Source: Vermamoeba vermiformis (Eukaryota). Taken from it: DNA of 64,000 nt. Below, one piece after another: positions 62,715 to 64,000 of this stretch (position 1 is the first letter of the stretch; each line of letters starts with the position of its first letter). Both the position numbers and the translations under genes were made by a program. The notes beneath the pieces were generated by a model. That model did not search any database, had not been told where the DNA came from, and saw only the letters and a list, made by a program, of their open reading frames with translations. The stretch covers positions 62,001 through 126,000 of the forward strand of contig JBEWZL010000300.1 in assembly GCA_045837725.1 (NCBI GenBank), read 5' to 3'.

Positions 62715-64000
62715 TTATTTTTTTGTATAATCGAAATCGTCATGTTCTTTCTGAATGTAAACGCCACTGTATTTGTAACAAATAAATATATTATTCAATA
62801 ATTAAGGACGTATTGTCCGCGCGAAAGATCCGGATCTTTATACTTAAAAGTTGTAATTGAATGTTATTTCATTTTATTTTTCGGGGTACTTATCAGTTAG
62901 TGACATAATCTCTTCAGCACTTTTCTTTTCCTAAAATAGAAATGATCAGTACGTACTGGATCATGACAAAGATAATATGACGCGTTCAGTGAAACAATCG
63001 TTCATGAACTGCTATCCTAAATGTCAGGCACTTACCTTTGCAGCGGTTCGAACGTCATTTCGCAGATCGCAAAACTGTTGTACAATTGGTCGAGCGATAT
63101 TTTTGGTTTGTTCCGCTTGATCTTCTTCAGTGATCAGGCCGAATATTTTCAACATTTTTTCAACGTAAGATGATACTGATGTTAATAGCAATACTTTTCT
63201 ATCAGCATTGGTCAAGTAGACGTTGCTTTTGTTGATCAGATCCAGCAATGCCGTGATAACTCCGGGGGTGTCAAAATTGTCCAGTAATAGTTCATGAACC
63301 AGCCGTTGCGTCCTTCTTAATAAATCACTCAATTCTACATCCGTGGCGGTCCATTTTTGCGATTTTGATTGTTCGGATTTGTCCTACAAAAAATGTCAAA
63401 TTTTTGTGCTGACGATAAAATTGATGCAAAGATTGATTTTACCGTGGCAAGCGTATTGACTTTCGATAAAAATTCTAAGAAATATCTCTCGTTATTTCTA
63501 GCCTTATCCAAGCTGTCTTTTCGGAAATTGAACGATTTGTTCCATTGCTGCGTCAAGAACAACATTCTAATTTGAAACGGTGTAAATTCACCCAAAATCT
63601 CTTTGATCGTGATAAAATTCTTCAACGACTTTGACATCTACGAAAAGAATTACTAAATTAGGAAAGTGGTCACAAAAATTTCGATATCGTACGGACCTTT
63701 AATCCCTCAATGTTCAAGTGGCCAGTGTGCAAGAAGTAATTGACCCATTGGTGCGTGCCAAAATACGCTTCAGATTGCGCGAGCTCATTATCGTGGTGAG
63801 GGAATCTCAAGTCCTGCGCACGACGAAGGATTAGTACAATGAAACATTATAGTCAATGCAAGATAATAATATTATTGTACGGCTTACCTCGCCTCCTGAA
63901 TGAATGTCAACGGTCTTTCCTAATATGGTAGAAGCCATCGCACTGCATTCAATGTGCCAACCTAAAAGTACGTTAGGCACGTGACTAAATCACTGCAATT
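62715..64000 (-). CDS. CARS: Cysteinyl-tRNA synthetase, 3' part (5' end outside the window; exact stop uncertain, 62715 or 62874)
   Basis: [62 protein letters not shown]. Confidence 0.93.

Noticed and set aside
1-64000. CRISPR arrays, transposases, rRNA/tRNA genes, prophage or viral insertions
   Set aside because: None recognisable. The window is continuous spliceosomal-intron-containing eukaryotic genes.

Overview
A gene-dense, intron-rich, AT-rich eukaryotic window with short GT-AG introns (mostly ~50-100 nt). The gene content (Cys-rich EGF receptor TKL kinase, DWF5-type sterol reductase, F-box proteins) suggests a free-living amoebozoan-type protist, which is an inference. I reconstructed about 25 protein-coding genes by eye. 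They include cryptochrome-DASH (partial), two tandem pseudokinases, a secreted PTP-like phosphatase, a GST, an RWD-IMPACT-MJ1316 fusion, Nup188, a PA-domain/7TM protein, a GT31 glycosyltransferase, UTP11/FCF1 head-to-head, two GPI-anchored CAP proteins, a receptor kinase, GSKIP, DHCR7/DWF5 and CysRS (partial). Three items stand out. (1) A single-chain AccD-AccA-pyruvate-carboxylase-CT-biotinyl enzyme with no biotin-carboxylase domain, i.e. a predicted ATP-independent transcarboxylase. (2) A tandem pair of chimeric F-box + Miro-type GTPase/EF-hand + ARM genes, one extended by SPRY and a tail anchor. (3) A ~230-nt G.U-rich hairpin filling an intron. Exon boundaries and domain calls come from manual reading and motif recognition, not database searches.
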